Positions 1 through 11,116 of a DNA stretch of 64,000 nt are shown here, in pieces (position 1 is the first letter of the stretch; each line of letters begins with the position of its first letter). The notes under the pieces are model-generated. The model had not been told where the DNA came from. It saw only the letters and a list, made by a program, of their open reading frames with translations, and made no database searches. The stretch is from Eledone cirrhosa (taxonomy: Eukaryota), in the NCBI GenBank assembly GCA_964016885.1, contig OZ024743.1:323950001-324014000 (forward strand), read 5' to 3'. The position numbers and the translations under genes are program-made.

Positions 1-232
1 GTGGTAGGCTTTCTCTTGTATCTTTGATAACTGTTGGTATAATTTCAGCTAAATTCTTAATTTCAGAGTTTATATGTTCAGTTATAAGTTTTCCGTCTGT
101 AGATTGTTTTTCTATTTCCTTTAAAATAGAGGATTGTGTGTCCATCATCGTGATAAGTGTTGATCATTTCGATGATATCTCCTTTAGAATTCTTTCTGAT
201 TCTGTTGGTTTCATTTGTTGCTTTCCGGACAT
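1..232 (-). pseudogene. Possible degraded 5' ORF (ORF1-like) of a retroelement running off the window
   Basis: Minus strand reads MSGKQQMKPTESERILKEISSK*STLITMMDTQSSILKEIEKQSTDGKLITEHINSEIKNLAEIIPTVIKDTRESLP: helical/charged with one internal stop, next to a TA tract; no diagnostic motif. Confidence 0.2.
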
Positions 233-381
233 GTTGGCATATACACAATAGGAATATATATATATATAGATATAGATAGGTAAATATACACGGGTGTGTA
301 TGATTGTGTATAGAAGATTATATTAATAAGAGGAATTCCAACTTTGTCTGATTTACTCGTTTTATTTACAATCCTTTAAAA

Positions 382-1077
382 TATATATATTATATATATA
401 TATAATATATGATATAAATATATATATATATATATATATAATATATGATATAAATATATATATATATATATATATAATATATGATATAAATATATATATA
501 TATATATAATATATGATATAAATATATATATATATATATAATATATGATATAAATATATATATATATATAATATAATATATAAATTAAATATATATATAT
601 ATATAATATATCATATAAATATAAATATATATATATATATAATATATCATATAAATATAAATATATATATATATATAATATATCATATAAATATAAATAT
701 ATATATATAATATGATATAAATATATATATATATAATATATGATATAAATATATATATATATAATATATGATATAAATATATATATATAATATAAATATA
801 TATATATATATAATATATGATATAAATATATATATATATAATATAAATATATATATATGGTATAAATATATATATAAATATATGGTATAAATATATATAT
901 ATAAATATATGATATAAATATATGGTATAAATATATATATATAAATATATGATATAAATATATATATATAAATATATATATATAAATATATATATATAAA
1001 TATATATATATAAATATATATATATATAAATATATATATAAATATATATATAAATATATATATAAATATATATATAA

Positions 1078-1108
<31 letters not shown>

Positions 1109-1170
1109 AATATATATATAAATATATATATAAATATATATATATATAAATATATATATAAATATATATA
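382..1170. repeat. AT micro/minisatellite (TATATAATATATGATATAAA-type units, then TATATATAAA)
   Basis: Direct inspection; source of the spurious IY-repeat ORF 585..1250. Confidence 0.95.
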
Positions 1171-1171
1171 C

Positions 1172-1912
1172 AGTATTTACGTATCGAGAAAGAGAAAAAA
1201 AGGGGAGGATAGGTGATACATATAGTTATTTGCCAAGTAGCGTATGCCAAAGGTGCTCGATACTAGTACCGGCAGTATTAAATATTCGAAGTGTTAATAT
1301 TTAGTGGGCTAGAGAGTTAGCAGAGCGTAAGCACATGGGAAAGTAAAAAATCGGAGAATAGACCGTTAAAACATGTTTATTTAAAACAGCACCTACGTAC
1401 GTTTCGCCCAGTTGGGCTCATCAAGGGCATAAATAATCACAAGTGTTCCTTATATTGCTCGGAAAGAGTTTTGGGGCTTAAATCCACATCAAGGTTCATT
1501 GCTCGCAAAAATATCTTGGTTTGATTTTGCAGCAGGTCAAGGGAGGTAACTCTGGCCGGTGATAGGGCAGTCTTTCCCGGACAAATTTTTTTTTTTTTTT
1601 TTTTCCTTTTTTGCCGCATCTGTTTGTCTGAGGCTGGGTCTGGTATGCAAGGATTGTTTCCTGGGTGTTATTTTGCAGCGCCTGCCCGCCGGGGTGTTAA
1701 GACTTGTTGCAGGGAGATCCGGTGTATGGTTTCACTCCTCATCCTTAACCCATCTGAAGAAGGATATTTTTAAGCGATGTGTACAACTTATCGCTGTTTC
1801 AGCTCTGCTGTTGATGAGCTCGTGGGGTGCAGTTATGATGTGGTAGAGCTCCATGAGGCAAAGATCGCATTTCCTCTTGAAGTTGTACAGTGCAGCCCTG
1901 CCGACAATCTCC
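1172..1912 (-). mobile_element. Penelope-like element 3' remnant (Naiad-like GIY-YIG C-terminus, 3' UTR, hammerhead, AATAAA)
   Basis: 1911-1732 translates EIVGRAALYNFKRKCDLCLMELYHIITAPHELINSRAETAISCTHRLKISFFRWVKDEE*, matching the CxLCxxE..I...LN.R.E...C.H end of Naiad-type PLE endonucleases; followed by an HHR and AATAAA. Confidence 0.7.
1389..1428 (-). ncRNA. Minimal type I hammerhead ribozyme (variant core UUGAUGA)
   Basis: Minus: GCCC-TTGATGA-GCCCA ac TGGGC-GAA-AC GTAC GT-A-GGTGC; palindromic stem III; GUA triplet; stem I imperfect. Confidence 0.6.
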
Positions 1913-2054
1913 TGGGAGGGTCATGTTGCCAATAAGAAACTCACGCACCAGTTGCTTTCACTTAAATATATCATAAATTAAATTTATAAATTCAGGAATT
2001 TATAAATTTCCGGTTGGTTGGTTGGTTCCACAGCCAGATGATTGTTCATATATT

Positions 2055-2097
2055 GTCAAAGTTCTTTCGTCACACATTCTGTGACCTCTTCAGTGAC
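2055..2097 (-). ncRNA. Minimal type I hammerhead ribozyme in inverted PLE tail
   Basis: GTCA-CTGAAGA-G-GTCACA gaatg TGTGAC-GAA-AG aa CT-T-TGAC; perfect stems I and II, one extra nt after A9. Confidence 0.75.
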
Positions 2098-2679
2098 TGG
2101 GGATTCTTTTCTTTGTTTTTGTGCCTCTCCTTTGTTCTGTCCTACGCCATCTTATTTTTGTGTGTGTTGTGTGCTTAGTTTGCGCATGTGTTACATCTGG
2201 GTGTCTGTGTGTGTTTATATTTGTTTATTTACATGTTACTGGTTGGTTGTTTGTTCTATGTGTGTTTTCATTTTGTCCTTAATCATAAGTTGTGATGTTG
2301 CTGTTCCATTCATGTTTTCTATTTAATTTGGGTTGGAGTTCATTTATGTTTATTGCCTCTGTGATTTGTCTAAACATTGCGTCTTTTCTGTGTAGATTCT
2401 ATTTTTATTTCTATGTTCTCTAATTTATCCTTATGTTCTATTTTAGCATGTTGGTGGAGTACAGATGATTCTTTACTATCTTGAAGCTCTCGACAGTGTT
2501 CATTTATCCGTTCCCCTATACTACGAGCTGTCTCACCTATGTACATTATATTCTTTCTCTACATTGTCCTTCAGTACATCTTATGCTATATACTACATTT
2601 CTAGTTTTACAGTTAATATGGGGAGCTTGAACCAAATGGGAAAAAATGGTAAATAATGACACAAATGGGACCTGCCCTT

Positions 2680-3308
2680 TGTATAGGAGCAAATTTTGAA
2701 ATAGAATAGAAAGTAGTAGAAATAAGGTTAATAGAATAAACTCATGGTATGATAGCAATAAATACCCGAGTGTAATGTTCATTGATAGAACCCCTAGAGG
2801 TGAATTAGCTTAAAAATTTAGAAGGGCCCTAGATAAACATAAACTCAATATTAAGATAGTAGAAAGACCAGGTACCTCCATAAAAACACTTATTAGCAAT
2901 ACATACCCTTTTCAAAGACCTCCCTGTATAGATAAGAAATGTATAATCTGTAAATTAAGCCCCCATATTAACTGTAAAACTAGAAATGTAGTATATAGCA
3001 TAAGATGTACTGAAGGACAATGTAGAGATAAGAATATAATGTACATAGGTGAGACAGCTCGTAGTATAGGGGAACGGATAAATGAATACTGGCGAGAGCT
3101 TCAAGATAGTAAAGAATCATCTGTACTCCACCAACATGCTAAAATAGAACATAAGGGTAAATTAGAGAACATAGAAATAAAAATAGAATCTACACACAGA
3201 AAAGACGCAATGTTTAGACAAATCACAGAGGCAATAAACATAAATGAACTCCAACCAAAATTAAATAGAAAACATGAATGGAACAGCAACATCACAACTT
3301 ACAATTAA
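2680..3308 (+). pseudogene. PLE linker + GIY-YIG endonuclease (VVY...YIG), in-frame stops upstream
   Basis: VVYSIRC / YIGET motifs, conserved R, E and N; ORF track 3039..3308. Confidence 0.88.
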
Positions 3309-3513
3309 GGACAAAATGAAAACACACACACACATAGAACAAACAACCAACCAGTAACATGTAAATAAACAAATGAATAAATAAACAAATATAAACACAC
3401 ACACAGACACCCGGATATAACACATGCGTAAACTAAGCACACAACACACACAAAAACAAGATGGCGTAGGACAGAACATAGGAGAGGCACAAAAACAAAG
3501 AAAAGAATCCCCA

Positions 3514-3556
3514 GTCACTGAAGAGGTCACAGAATGTGTAACGAAAGAACTTTGAC
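3514..3556 (+). ncRNA. Minimal type I hammerhead ribozyme in PLE 3' UTR
   Basis: Same motif as 2055-2097 with one stem II mismatch (TGTAAC). Confidence 0.7.
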
Positions 3557-3792
3557 AATATATGAACAATCATCTGGTTGTGGAACCAACCAACCAACCA
3601 GAAATTTATAAATTCCTAAATTTATAAATTTAATTTATAATAAATTGAAGTGAAAGCAACTGGTGCGTGTGTTTCTTATTGGCAACATGACCCTCCCAAA
3701 GTATAACAATATCGGTTTCAACACACGTTTTCAGATAAAGAATCTTGCTAAACAAATTCAGAAACGAAATATATATATAATATATGATATAA

Positions 3793-3827
<35 letters not shown>

Positions 3828-3842
3828 TATATCATATATATT

Positions 3843-3874
<32 letters not shown>

Positions 3875-3968
3875 TAAATATTTATATATATATATTTATA
3901 TCATATATATTTATATATATATATATATATATAAATATTTATATATATATATTTATATCATATATATT

Positions 3969-4000
<32 letters not shown>

Positions 4001-4001
4001 A

Positions 4002-7000
4002 ATCATCATCATCATCATCACCGTTTTACGTCCGTTCTTCCACGCTAGCATGGGTTAGACGGGTTGTCCTGTTGTGGGCAGTGTCTGGTCGGCTGACCAT
4101 GCCTTGCTCATACAGGAACTGATCTGGCTTGATTTCTACAGCTGGATGCCCTTCCTAACACCAACCTCATTTACAGTGAGTGCTGGGTGCTTTTTCGTGG
4201 CGCCTACACGTCCACTTTACAGTGTGGGCTGGGTGCTTTTTTGCCGTGGCACCTCCACGACCACCTTGCGGTGGGGGGGGGGGGGGGGGGGGGCATATTG
4301 TTTATATGCTTCAGCATGTACCCATGGGAGGTCGGGTACCCTGTATTACTGCGTGACGCCAGAAGTCACGGTCGTGTGTCATTGACTTTGAGAGGTGTAG
4401 TTGGGTAAGGTCGGCTTTTATCACCTCATCCCAAGTCATCTTGGGTCTCCCCACTCCGCGGTTTCCATCAACTTCTAGTGCTCTGCACCTTTTTATGCAG
4501 CTGTCATCCTTCATACGCATCACATGTCCATACCAGCGTAACCGCCTCTCCTGCACGCAGCATTTGATTCCTCTTATGCTCAGTCTCTCTCTCAATTCAT
4601 TTATGCTTTGTCGTTCACGTATATTACTGTTACACATCCATCGGAGCATGCAGGCTTCGTTTCTCTCTAATCTACGTAAGTCTTCCACCTTCAGCGCCCA
4701 GGTCTCACTACCATGCAACATCGCTGTTCGGATACACGCATCATACAGTCTGCCTTTCATTCTGAGGGAGAAGCCTTTTGCAGCTAGCAGTGGTAGTAGT
4801 TCCCTAAACTTCTTCCATCCCGTTCTTACCCTAGTTATTGTACTTTCTGAGCACCCACCTCCGTTGCTAATTCGGTCACCTAGGTAGCAGAAGCTGTCTA
4901 CTGTTTCTACAGGGCCCTCCCAGAGATTGGTGGTACTTGTTTCCTGTGGCTGTTTGCTTGCTGTTTCAGCACAGCTGCTGCATGTGAATCCTACATTCTT
5001 AATTAAGCTTCCTGAGATCCCGCTACATCTCTTGTGTACCCATTGTTTGCATTTGGGGCAAAGAATGGAGTTCCTACCTACACCTTTCCTACATACTGAG
5101 CAAGGCCATTTCCCTGAGGGGATCTGGGTTCTGTTTTCTCGTCTACTTATAAGGACCTTAGTCTTTGTCATGTTGACTTTGAGGCCCTTTCTCTCTAGTC
5201 CCTGCTTCCAGGTTTGGAATTTATTCTCTAGTTCTACCATAGATTCAGCTATGAGTGCGAGGTCATCAGCATACAGGAGTTCCCATGGGCATCCGGTCTT
5301 AAACTCCTCCGTTATTGCCTGCAGGACTATGATGAACAGGAGAGGGCTAAGAACAGAGCCCTGGTGGACCCCAACCTGTACGCTAAATTCCTCGCTATAC
5401 TCATTGCCAATCCTAACTTTGCTGACTGCTCCCCTATACATGGCTTGTACCGCTTTCACAAGCCATTCATCTACTCCTAGTTTTCTAAGAGCCCACCAGA
5501 TTACTGCACGTGGAACTCTGTCAAAGGCTTTCTCAAGGTCGACAAATGCCAAGTAGAGTGGCTTACTTTTAGCTAGGTACTTTTCCTGTAATTGCCTCAC
5601 AAGGAAGAGCGCATCAGTGGTGCCTTTCCCTGGAACAAACCCAAATTGCATCTCGTCTATATTCACCCGGTCCCTAATCAGCTGTGCTATAACTCTTTCT
5701 GTTACTTTCATGACCTGGTCCATCAACTTTATACCTCTATAGTTTCCTCTATCTAGTGCATCGCCTTTACCTTTGTAGCAGTTGACAATGATGCTACTGC
5801 ACCAATCTTTTGGTATGGCCCCCTCTAGTATTACCTGGTTAACGATACGTGTGGTTATAGTGTGACCTACAGACCCAGATGCCTTCAGCATCTCGGCAGC
5901 TATACCCGATGGACCGGTTGCCTTCCCTATCTTCATATCTCTGATTGCCTTACTTACTACGCTGCCGCTGACTTGTACTGCTGGTCCCTCTATAGGGTCT
6001 ACGTGGGGTAGGGTCTCTTCTTCCCATGCATTCTCCTCATTTAGTAATCTATCATAATGACTCTTCCATGCATCTTTCTTCTCAGCACTTGTGAGGGCAA
6101 GCTCACCTTTATCATTCCGGATACACTTCTCTCCAATGACATCACAACTATCTCTGACACACTGCCTCGCAATCTTGAATACCTCCTGTTTCTGGTCCTC
6201 ACGTTGTAAAACATGCTTGAATTTTCTATCCTCTGCTTCCCTCCTAGCTAAGTATACTTGTCGCCTAGCTTCCCTCTTGGTCTCTATGTAATGTACCCTG
6301 CTCCCCCCGTTCTTCCATTCTTTCCATGCCTGTCTCTTGGCCTTGACTGCTTCATCTACCTTATTGTTCCACCACCAAGTCACTCTCCTCCTGCTTGAGG
6401 TCTTACTCCAGCCACAAACCTCATCCGTCGCCTCTAGTAAGTTATTTTTTAGGAACTCCCAGTTCTCTTCTACGTTAAATGTCTCTATCTGTTCTTCTTT
6501 ACTGTCGTAGGCGTTGAGTAAAATATCTTTAAATCTGTTACTGGTTGAGGGGACTTTCAGCTTCCAGATCTTTCTTCTCCAGGTTGGCCTCTGTTTCAGG
6601 GCTCGTCTAGTTCTGACCGTGAGGTCGCTGACAACTAAGCTATGTTGGGATGTACATTCCTCACTAGGGAAGGCTTTTGTGTTTACGACCGTCCATCTGT
6701 CACGTCCTCTGATGAGGATAAAATCTAACTGACTAGAGTGCTCCCCTGATCTATAGGTGATCAGGTGGTTGTCGGGTTTTTTAAAGTTTGTGTTACATAT
6801 CGACATGTCATTGGCGTCGCAGAATTCTAGAAGTCTGAATCCTTCCTCATTCCTTGTGCCAACTCCATGGCCTCCATGTACTCTATTGAAGCCGTCGCAG
6901 TGTTTACCTACGTGTCCGTTAAAATCTCCTGCAATGATTAGGAAGTCCTTGTCGTCTGTTAGAGCAGTAGTGTGTATTAGGGACTCGTAAAACCTATCCT

Positions 7001-7612
7001 TAAGTTCGTCTGGCAGCCCCGATTGGGGTGCGTAAGCTGATATTATTGTGGTAATTGTCTTATTCAGGACTAGTCTGAGTTTAATGATTCTTGCATTTAC
7101 CCTGTACACTGAGATTACTTTATCTACCCACTTGTCAGCTAATAGTATACCTACACCACCCATCCCATCGTCATTTCCCACCCAGAAAAATTTGTAGCAC
7201 TGGCTTTTTCCTACAAGGACTCTAGCAGACCCTCCTCTCCATCTAGTCTCTTGCACACAACATACATCAACTTCCTTTCGCTCTAGCATTTCTACGATTT
7301 CTCCTGCTCTTCCTTTCATTGAGCCTACATTGATGGTACCAACTCGGAGTTTTGGGCATTTGTCGACACTCGTAGGGGAGGGTCTCTGGGTTGGCGCTTC
7401 ACGTGGGTGCTTGGTAGCTCGCAGATTCATATTTCATCTATTGATTCAGAGTTGCTCGTGTATTCCCAGCTCATCCATCCCTAACGGTGAAAATTGAGGG
7501 CTAGAAGGACAGTGGTGGTGGGGTAATGGCAGGGTGTGTTGGGATGCGCCAGAGGAGGAGAGAGTTAGTTAGGCAGGTAGTAGCAGCAGCAGCAGCAGTG
7601 GAAATGGCATGC
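4002..7612 (-). mobile_element. Full-length RTE-clade LINE (family A) with (TGA)n tail
   Basis: Single APE+RT ORF, ~290-bp 3' UTR ending GGACGTAAAACGG(TGA)n, flanked by TA tracts; 5' limit approximate. Confidence 0.95.
4311..7430 (-). CDS. RTE LINE ORF, 1039 aa: AP endonuclease + reverse transcriptase + PHD-like finger
   Basis: TINVGS, VQETRW, AGDFNGH, LDFIL, SQH (APE); QFGF, FVDLEKAFD, GVHQGSVLSP, LYADD (RT); C4HC3 cluster; [11 protein letters not shown] and GRPK-TW C-terminus; uninterrupted. Confidence 0.95.
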   Translation of the reverse strand: MNLRATKHPREAPTQRPSPTSVDKCPKLRVGTINVGSMKGRAGEIVEMLERKEVDVCCVQETRWRGGSARVLVGKSQCYKFFWVGNDDGMGGVGILLADKWVDKVISVYRVNARIIKLRLVLNKTITTIISAYAPQSGLPDELKDRFYESLIHTTALTDDKDFLIIAGDFNGHVGKHCDGFNRVHGGHGVGTRNEEGFRLLEFCDANDMSICNTNFKKPDNHLITYRSGEHSSQLDFILIRGRDRWTVVNTKAFPSEECTSQHSLVVSDLTVRTRRALKQRPTWRRKIWKLKVPSTSNRFKDILLNAYDSKEEQIETFNVEENWEFLKNNLLEATDEVCGWSKTSSRRRVTWWWNNKVDEAVKAKRQAWKEWKNGGSRVHYIETKREARRQVYLARREAEDRKFKHVLQREDQKQEVFKIARQCVRDSCDVIGEKCIRNDKGELALTSAEKKDAWKSHYDRLLNEENAWEEETLPHVDPIEGPAVQVSGSVVSKAIRDMKIGKATGPSGIAAEMLKASGSVGHTITTRIVNQVILEGAIPKDWCSSIIVNCYKGKGDALDRGNYRGIKLMDQVMKVTERVIAQLIRDRVNIDEMQFGFVPGKGTTDALFLVRQLQEKYLAKSKPLYLAFVDLEKAFDRVPRAVIWWALRKLGVDEWLVKAVQAMYRGAVSKVRIGNEYSEEFSVQVGVHQGSVLSPLLFIIVLQAITEEFKTGCPWELLYADDLALIAESMVELENKFQTWKQGLERKGLKVNMTKTKVLISRRENRTQIPSGKWPCSVCRKGVGRNSILCPKCKQWVHKRCSGISGSLIKNVGFTCSSCAETASKQPQETSTTNLWEGPVETVDSFCYLGDRISNGGGCSESTITRVRTGWKKFRELLPLLAAKGFSLRMKGRLYDACIRTAMLHGSETWALKVEDLRRLERNEACMLRWMCNSNIRERQSINELRERLSIRGIKCCVQERRLRWYGHVMRMKDDSCIKRCRALEVDGNRGVGRPKMTWDEVIKADLTQLHLSKSMTHDRDFWRHAVIQGTRPPMGTC

Positions 7613-7649
7613 TATATATATATATATATTTATATCATATATATTTATA

Positions 7650-8021
7650 TATGCCTAAGTATAAAGCGAAACCTACAGTCAGTAGGCACCTCTAACAAAA
7701 TACACCCCATCCACACCACCCCCTTAAATGTGAAGTTATGTTGGTACCACAACATCCAGTCCGAAACAAATGAGGTCGTGTAGGTGTCACGACAAAAAAA
7801 CACACAGTCCACGCTGTAATGTGGCCATGTAGGTAACATGGTAAAAACCTCCCAGTTCCACACTGTAAACGTGGTTGGTGTTGGGAAGGGCATCCAGCCG
7901 TAGAAAACCCGCCAGACAGTCTTATACGAGCAAGACAACCAATCTTGCCTCAAGTGGGACAATTCCCATCCAGACCCATGCTATCGTGGAAAATGGATGT
8001 TAAACGATGATGATGATGATG
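7650..8021 (+). mobile_element. RTE family B 3'-UTR fragment with (GAT)n tail
   Basis: Closely matches 13455-13845. Confidence 0.85.
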
Positions 8022-8226
8022 ATATATATATATATATTTATATATATATATATAAATATATATATTTATATATATATATATATATAAATATATATATTTA
8101 TATATATATTTATATATATATATAAATATAAATATATATATAAATATATATATTTATATATATATTTATATATATATATAAATATATATATATATTTATA
8201 TATATATATAAATATATATATATATT

Positions 8227-8257
<31 letters not shown>

Positions 8258-8309
8258 ATAAATATATATATATATATTTATATCATATATATTTATATAT
8301 GATATAAAT

Positions 8310-8413
8310 ATATACGAGCAGGACAACCAATCTTGCCTCAAGTGGGAAAACTCCCGTCCAAACCCATGCAAGCATGGAAGATGGACGTGTGATGATGATG
8401 ATGATGATGATGA
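8310..8413 (+). mobile_element. RTE family B extreme 3' fragment
   Basis: ...AACCCATGCAAGCATGGAAGATGGACGT(GAT)n. Confidence 0.75.
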
Positions 8414-8557
8414 CATATACATGTATATATATATAAATACATATATATATATAAAAGGGAAAAAAAAATTTTTTCTTCCTAATAATCGTCTTTTTCTCCG
8501 TTTTCATATATATATATATATATACATGTATATATATAAATACATATACATATATAT

Positions 8558-8604
<47 letters not shown>

Positions 8605-8605
<1 letters not shown>

Positions 8606-8990
8606 GGAGGCACATGGCTTAGTGGTTAGAGCATTGGCCTTGCAATCGAAAGGTTGTGAGTTCAATTCTCAGACCGGGTGATGTGTTGTTTCCTTGAGCA
8701 AGACACTTTATTTCACATTGCTCCAGTTTACTCAGCTGTAGAAATGAGATGATAGGGACTGGGGTCCCTATCATTCCACTGTAAAGTGGTCATGGAGGTG
8801 CCACGGCAAAAAAAGCACCCAGCCCACACTGTAAAGTGGACGTGTAGGCGCCATCGAAAAAAAACACCCAGCACTCACTGTAAATGAGGTTGGTGTTAGG
8901 AAGGGCATCCAGCTGTACAAATCAAGCCAGAATCAGTTCCCGTCCCACCCTGGCAAGCAGGGAAAAGGGGACGTAAAATATGAAAAAGAA
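8605..8990 (+). mobile_element. tRNA-derived SINE with RTE-derived tail
   Basis: A box TGGCTTAGTGG, B box GAGTTCAATTC, CCTTGAGCAAGACACTT body, tail shared with RTE 3' UTRs. Confidence 0.9.
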
Positions 8991-9074
8991 AAAAAATGAA
9001 TATGATCAAACAGAGACTATATAAGGTAGAGGACTCTTCAGTCTTGTTGAGTACATGATAATTGGTACCATGTT

Positions 9075-9363
9075 AAAATAAACCCAGTACACTCTTTAAA
9101 ATTGTTGGTATTAGGAAGATCATCCAGTTGTGGAGACCAGTACTGGGGTCGATATGATCAACTAAAATCCTTTGTAAACTCCAGCATGGCCACAGTCTTA
9201 TGCGTGGTCGTGGAGGTGCCACGGCAAAAAAGCACCCAGCACTCACTGTAAATGACGTTGGTGTTAGGAAGGGCATCCAGCTGTAGAAATCAAGCCAGAA
9301 TCAGTTCCCGTCCCACCCTTGCAAGCAGGGAAAAAGCAGAAGTAAAATGAAATGATGATGAAA

Positions 9364-9365
<2 letters not shown>
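9075..9365 (+). mobile_element. Mosaic of SINE/RTE-tail fragments
   Basis: CCAGCATGGCCACAGTC SINE end fused to a GTTAGGAAGGGCATCCAGC tail. Confidence 0.65.
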
Positions 9366-9408
<43 letters not shown>

Positions 9409-10184
9409 TATTCAGCGAGAATCGCATTTCGGCGGGTAGAAATTAGCGAAACGCAACTTCCGTATTGTGTAGGCAAGCGCTCCATGGATAAGAAGATACC
9501 AGAGCTATAAACATAAGTTAAAAAGGTCATACAAACTGAGTCAATGGTTAAGAAGCCATTAACCACCAGAGCCAAAAAAGCGAACAAGCTAAACGGGTCA
9601 AACAAAATAAGATATGATTATATATCAAGAAGTGCACTAAGCAGTGGAAATGTACAATAAAATTATATCTGTATATATATACAGAGTGGATAACCAAGAC
9701 TGCAACAATGTATATATCCTCATCATCATTCTTTAATGTCTCTATTCCATGCTAACATGGGTTAGACAGGCTGTCCTATTTCAGGCAAGTCAGGTGAGGT
9801 GACCATGTCTTGTTCATACACAATTCTACATACACACACACACATATATATATATATACATTTTTAATATGTAAAAATGTAAACATGCCAGAAAATATGT
9901 CAAATAAAATAATGATAAACACCTTTAATCAGACTTAATTGGGTCCTCATCAGCAGGTGTGTATATCATCTAAACAACTGCAAGGAAACCCATATTTTCT
10001 GGTATATTTACATGTTAAAAATGTGTACTTTTATAGACACATTGTCACAGTCGTGGTTATCCACTCTGATAAAGCAGATATAACTTTATCATACACTTCG
10101 GCTGCTTAGCGCATTTTCTAATATATATCTTAATTAACTACCAGCACGAGCACTAATTATACACAAATTAGTACGTGTTTTCTG

Positions 10185-10400
10185 GGCTTGAGTCTCAGAA
10201 GTGCATTGTGTCCTTGAGCAAAACTCTTCATTTCATATTGTTCCAATCCACTCAGCTGGAGAAAATGTAATTCAAATGTTTAGCCTTGTCACTCATTGTG
10301 TTATACTGAATCTCCCTGAAGACTATGTTAAAGGTGCACATGTCTGTGGAGGGTTCTCATAAACAAGTGGTTCTATTGTCTGAACAACTGGAACATGCAT
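10185..10400 (+). mobile_element. Decayed tRNA-derived SINE body
   Basis: GTCCTTGAGCAA...CACTCAGCTGG...GAATCTCCCTGA; similar to 19797 and 22410 copies. Confidence 0.6.
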
Positions 10401-11116
10401 CACAGAACTGACAGAGGTCCAACATATACAATACTTGATACTATAATTATGTCACTGCTCTTTCCACTTAATCTCATGACGCCTACTTCAACCAATCTCA
10501 TAATTCTTACTGAAACTTTCTCTCTCTCTCTCTCTATCTCTCTCTGTCTCTGTCTGTTTCTGTCTCTCTGTGTGTGTGTGTGTCTCTCTTTCTCCCTTTC
10601 TCTCAATTTTCGTCTCCCACTCTCACTCACTATTATTTAATTCTCCTACAGACACTCTCACTCTGGTTATTGTTTCACAGCCTCCTACTTCCACAATATA
10701 TCAGCAAATAAAAATACATTGCAAATTAGCGTATGTGTGTGTTGGTGTGTGTGTGTGTGAAAAATCAACAAGGAAAAGCAACACAGGATGATACAGTACA
10801 ATGATGATATATATTAGTTTAACGCTTGATATAGTAGGAAAAGAGTTTTAATGTTTCACACATTAGTTCTTCATCAGAAAATAGAAGAAGAAATAGGATA
10901 GATGAGAGTAAGAAAAGGAAGAAACAGAAAAACAATGTTTACAGGAGGAAAGCACATGTATGTTTAGTCATCAATACAAACTGACCTGATGGAAATTTCA
11001 TGGCATAATTAGAAACAACCACCAAGTATTAAAGATTAATATGGCAGGTATTATTTATAAGTTATATATATACAACTAATTAATATATACAGTAGTTAAT
11101 TACATATATACAACAC

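Larger units (their letters stand above)
1914..3765 (+). mobile_element. Penelope-like element (Cys-knuckle + GIY-YIG, Neptune/Nematis-like), 5'-truncated, with inverted copy of its 3' part
   Basis: ~2680-3308 reads ...SWYDSNKYPSVMFIDRTPRGELA*KFRR...IKIVERPGTSIK...CIDKKCIICK...NCKTRNVVYSIRC...C...MYIGETARSIGERINEY...LHQH...H...RQITEAINI...PKLNRKHEW; 1914-2628 is an inverted duplicate of ~2957-3698. Confidence 0.9.

Noticed and set aside
4441-6990. Antisense ORFs within RTE elements
   Set aside because: Shadow frames of the LINE ORF
8605-8680. tRNA gene (also at 22410 and 23028)
   Set aside because: tRNA-like A/B boxes continue into SINE bodies and tails; no complete cloverleaf
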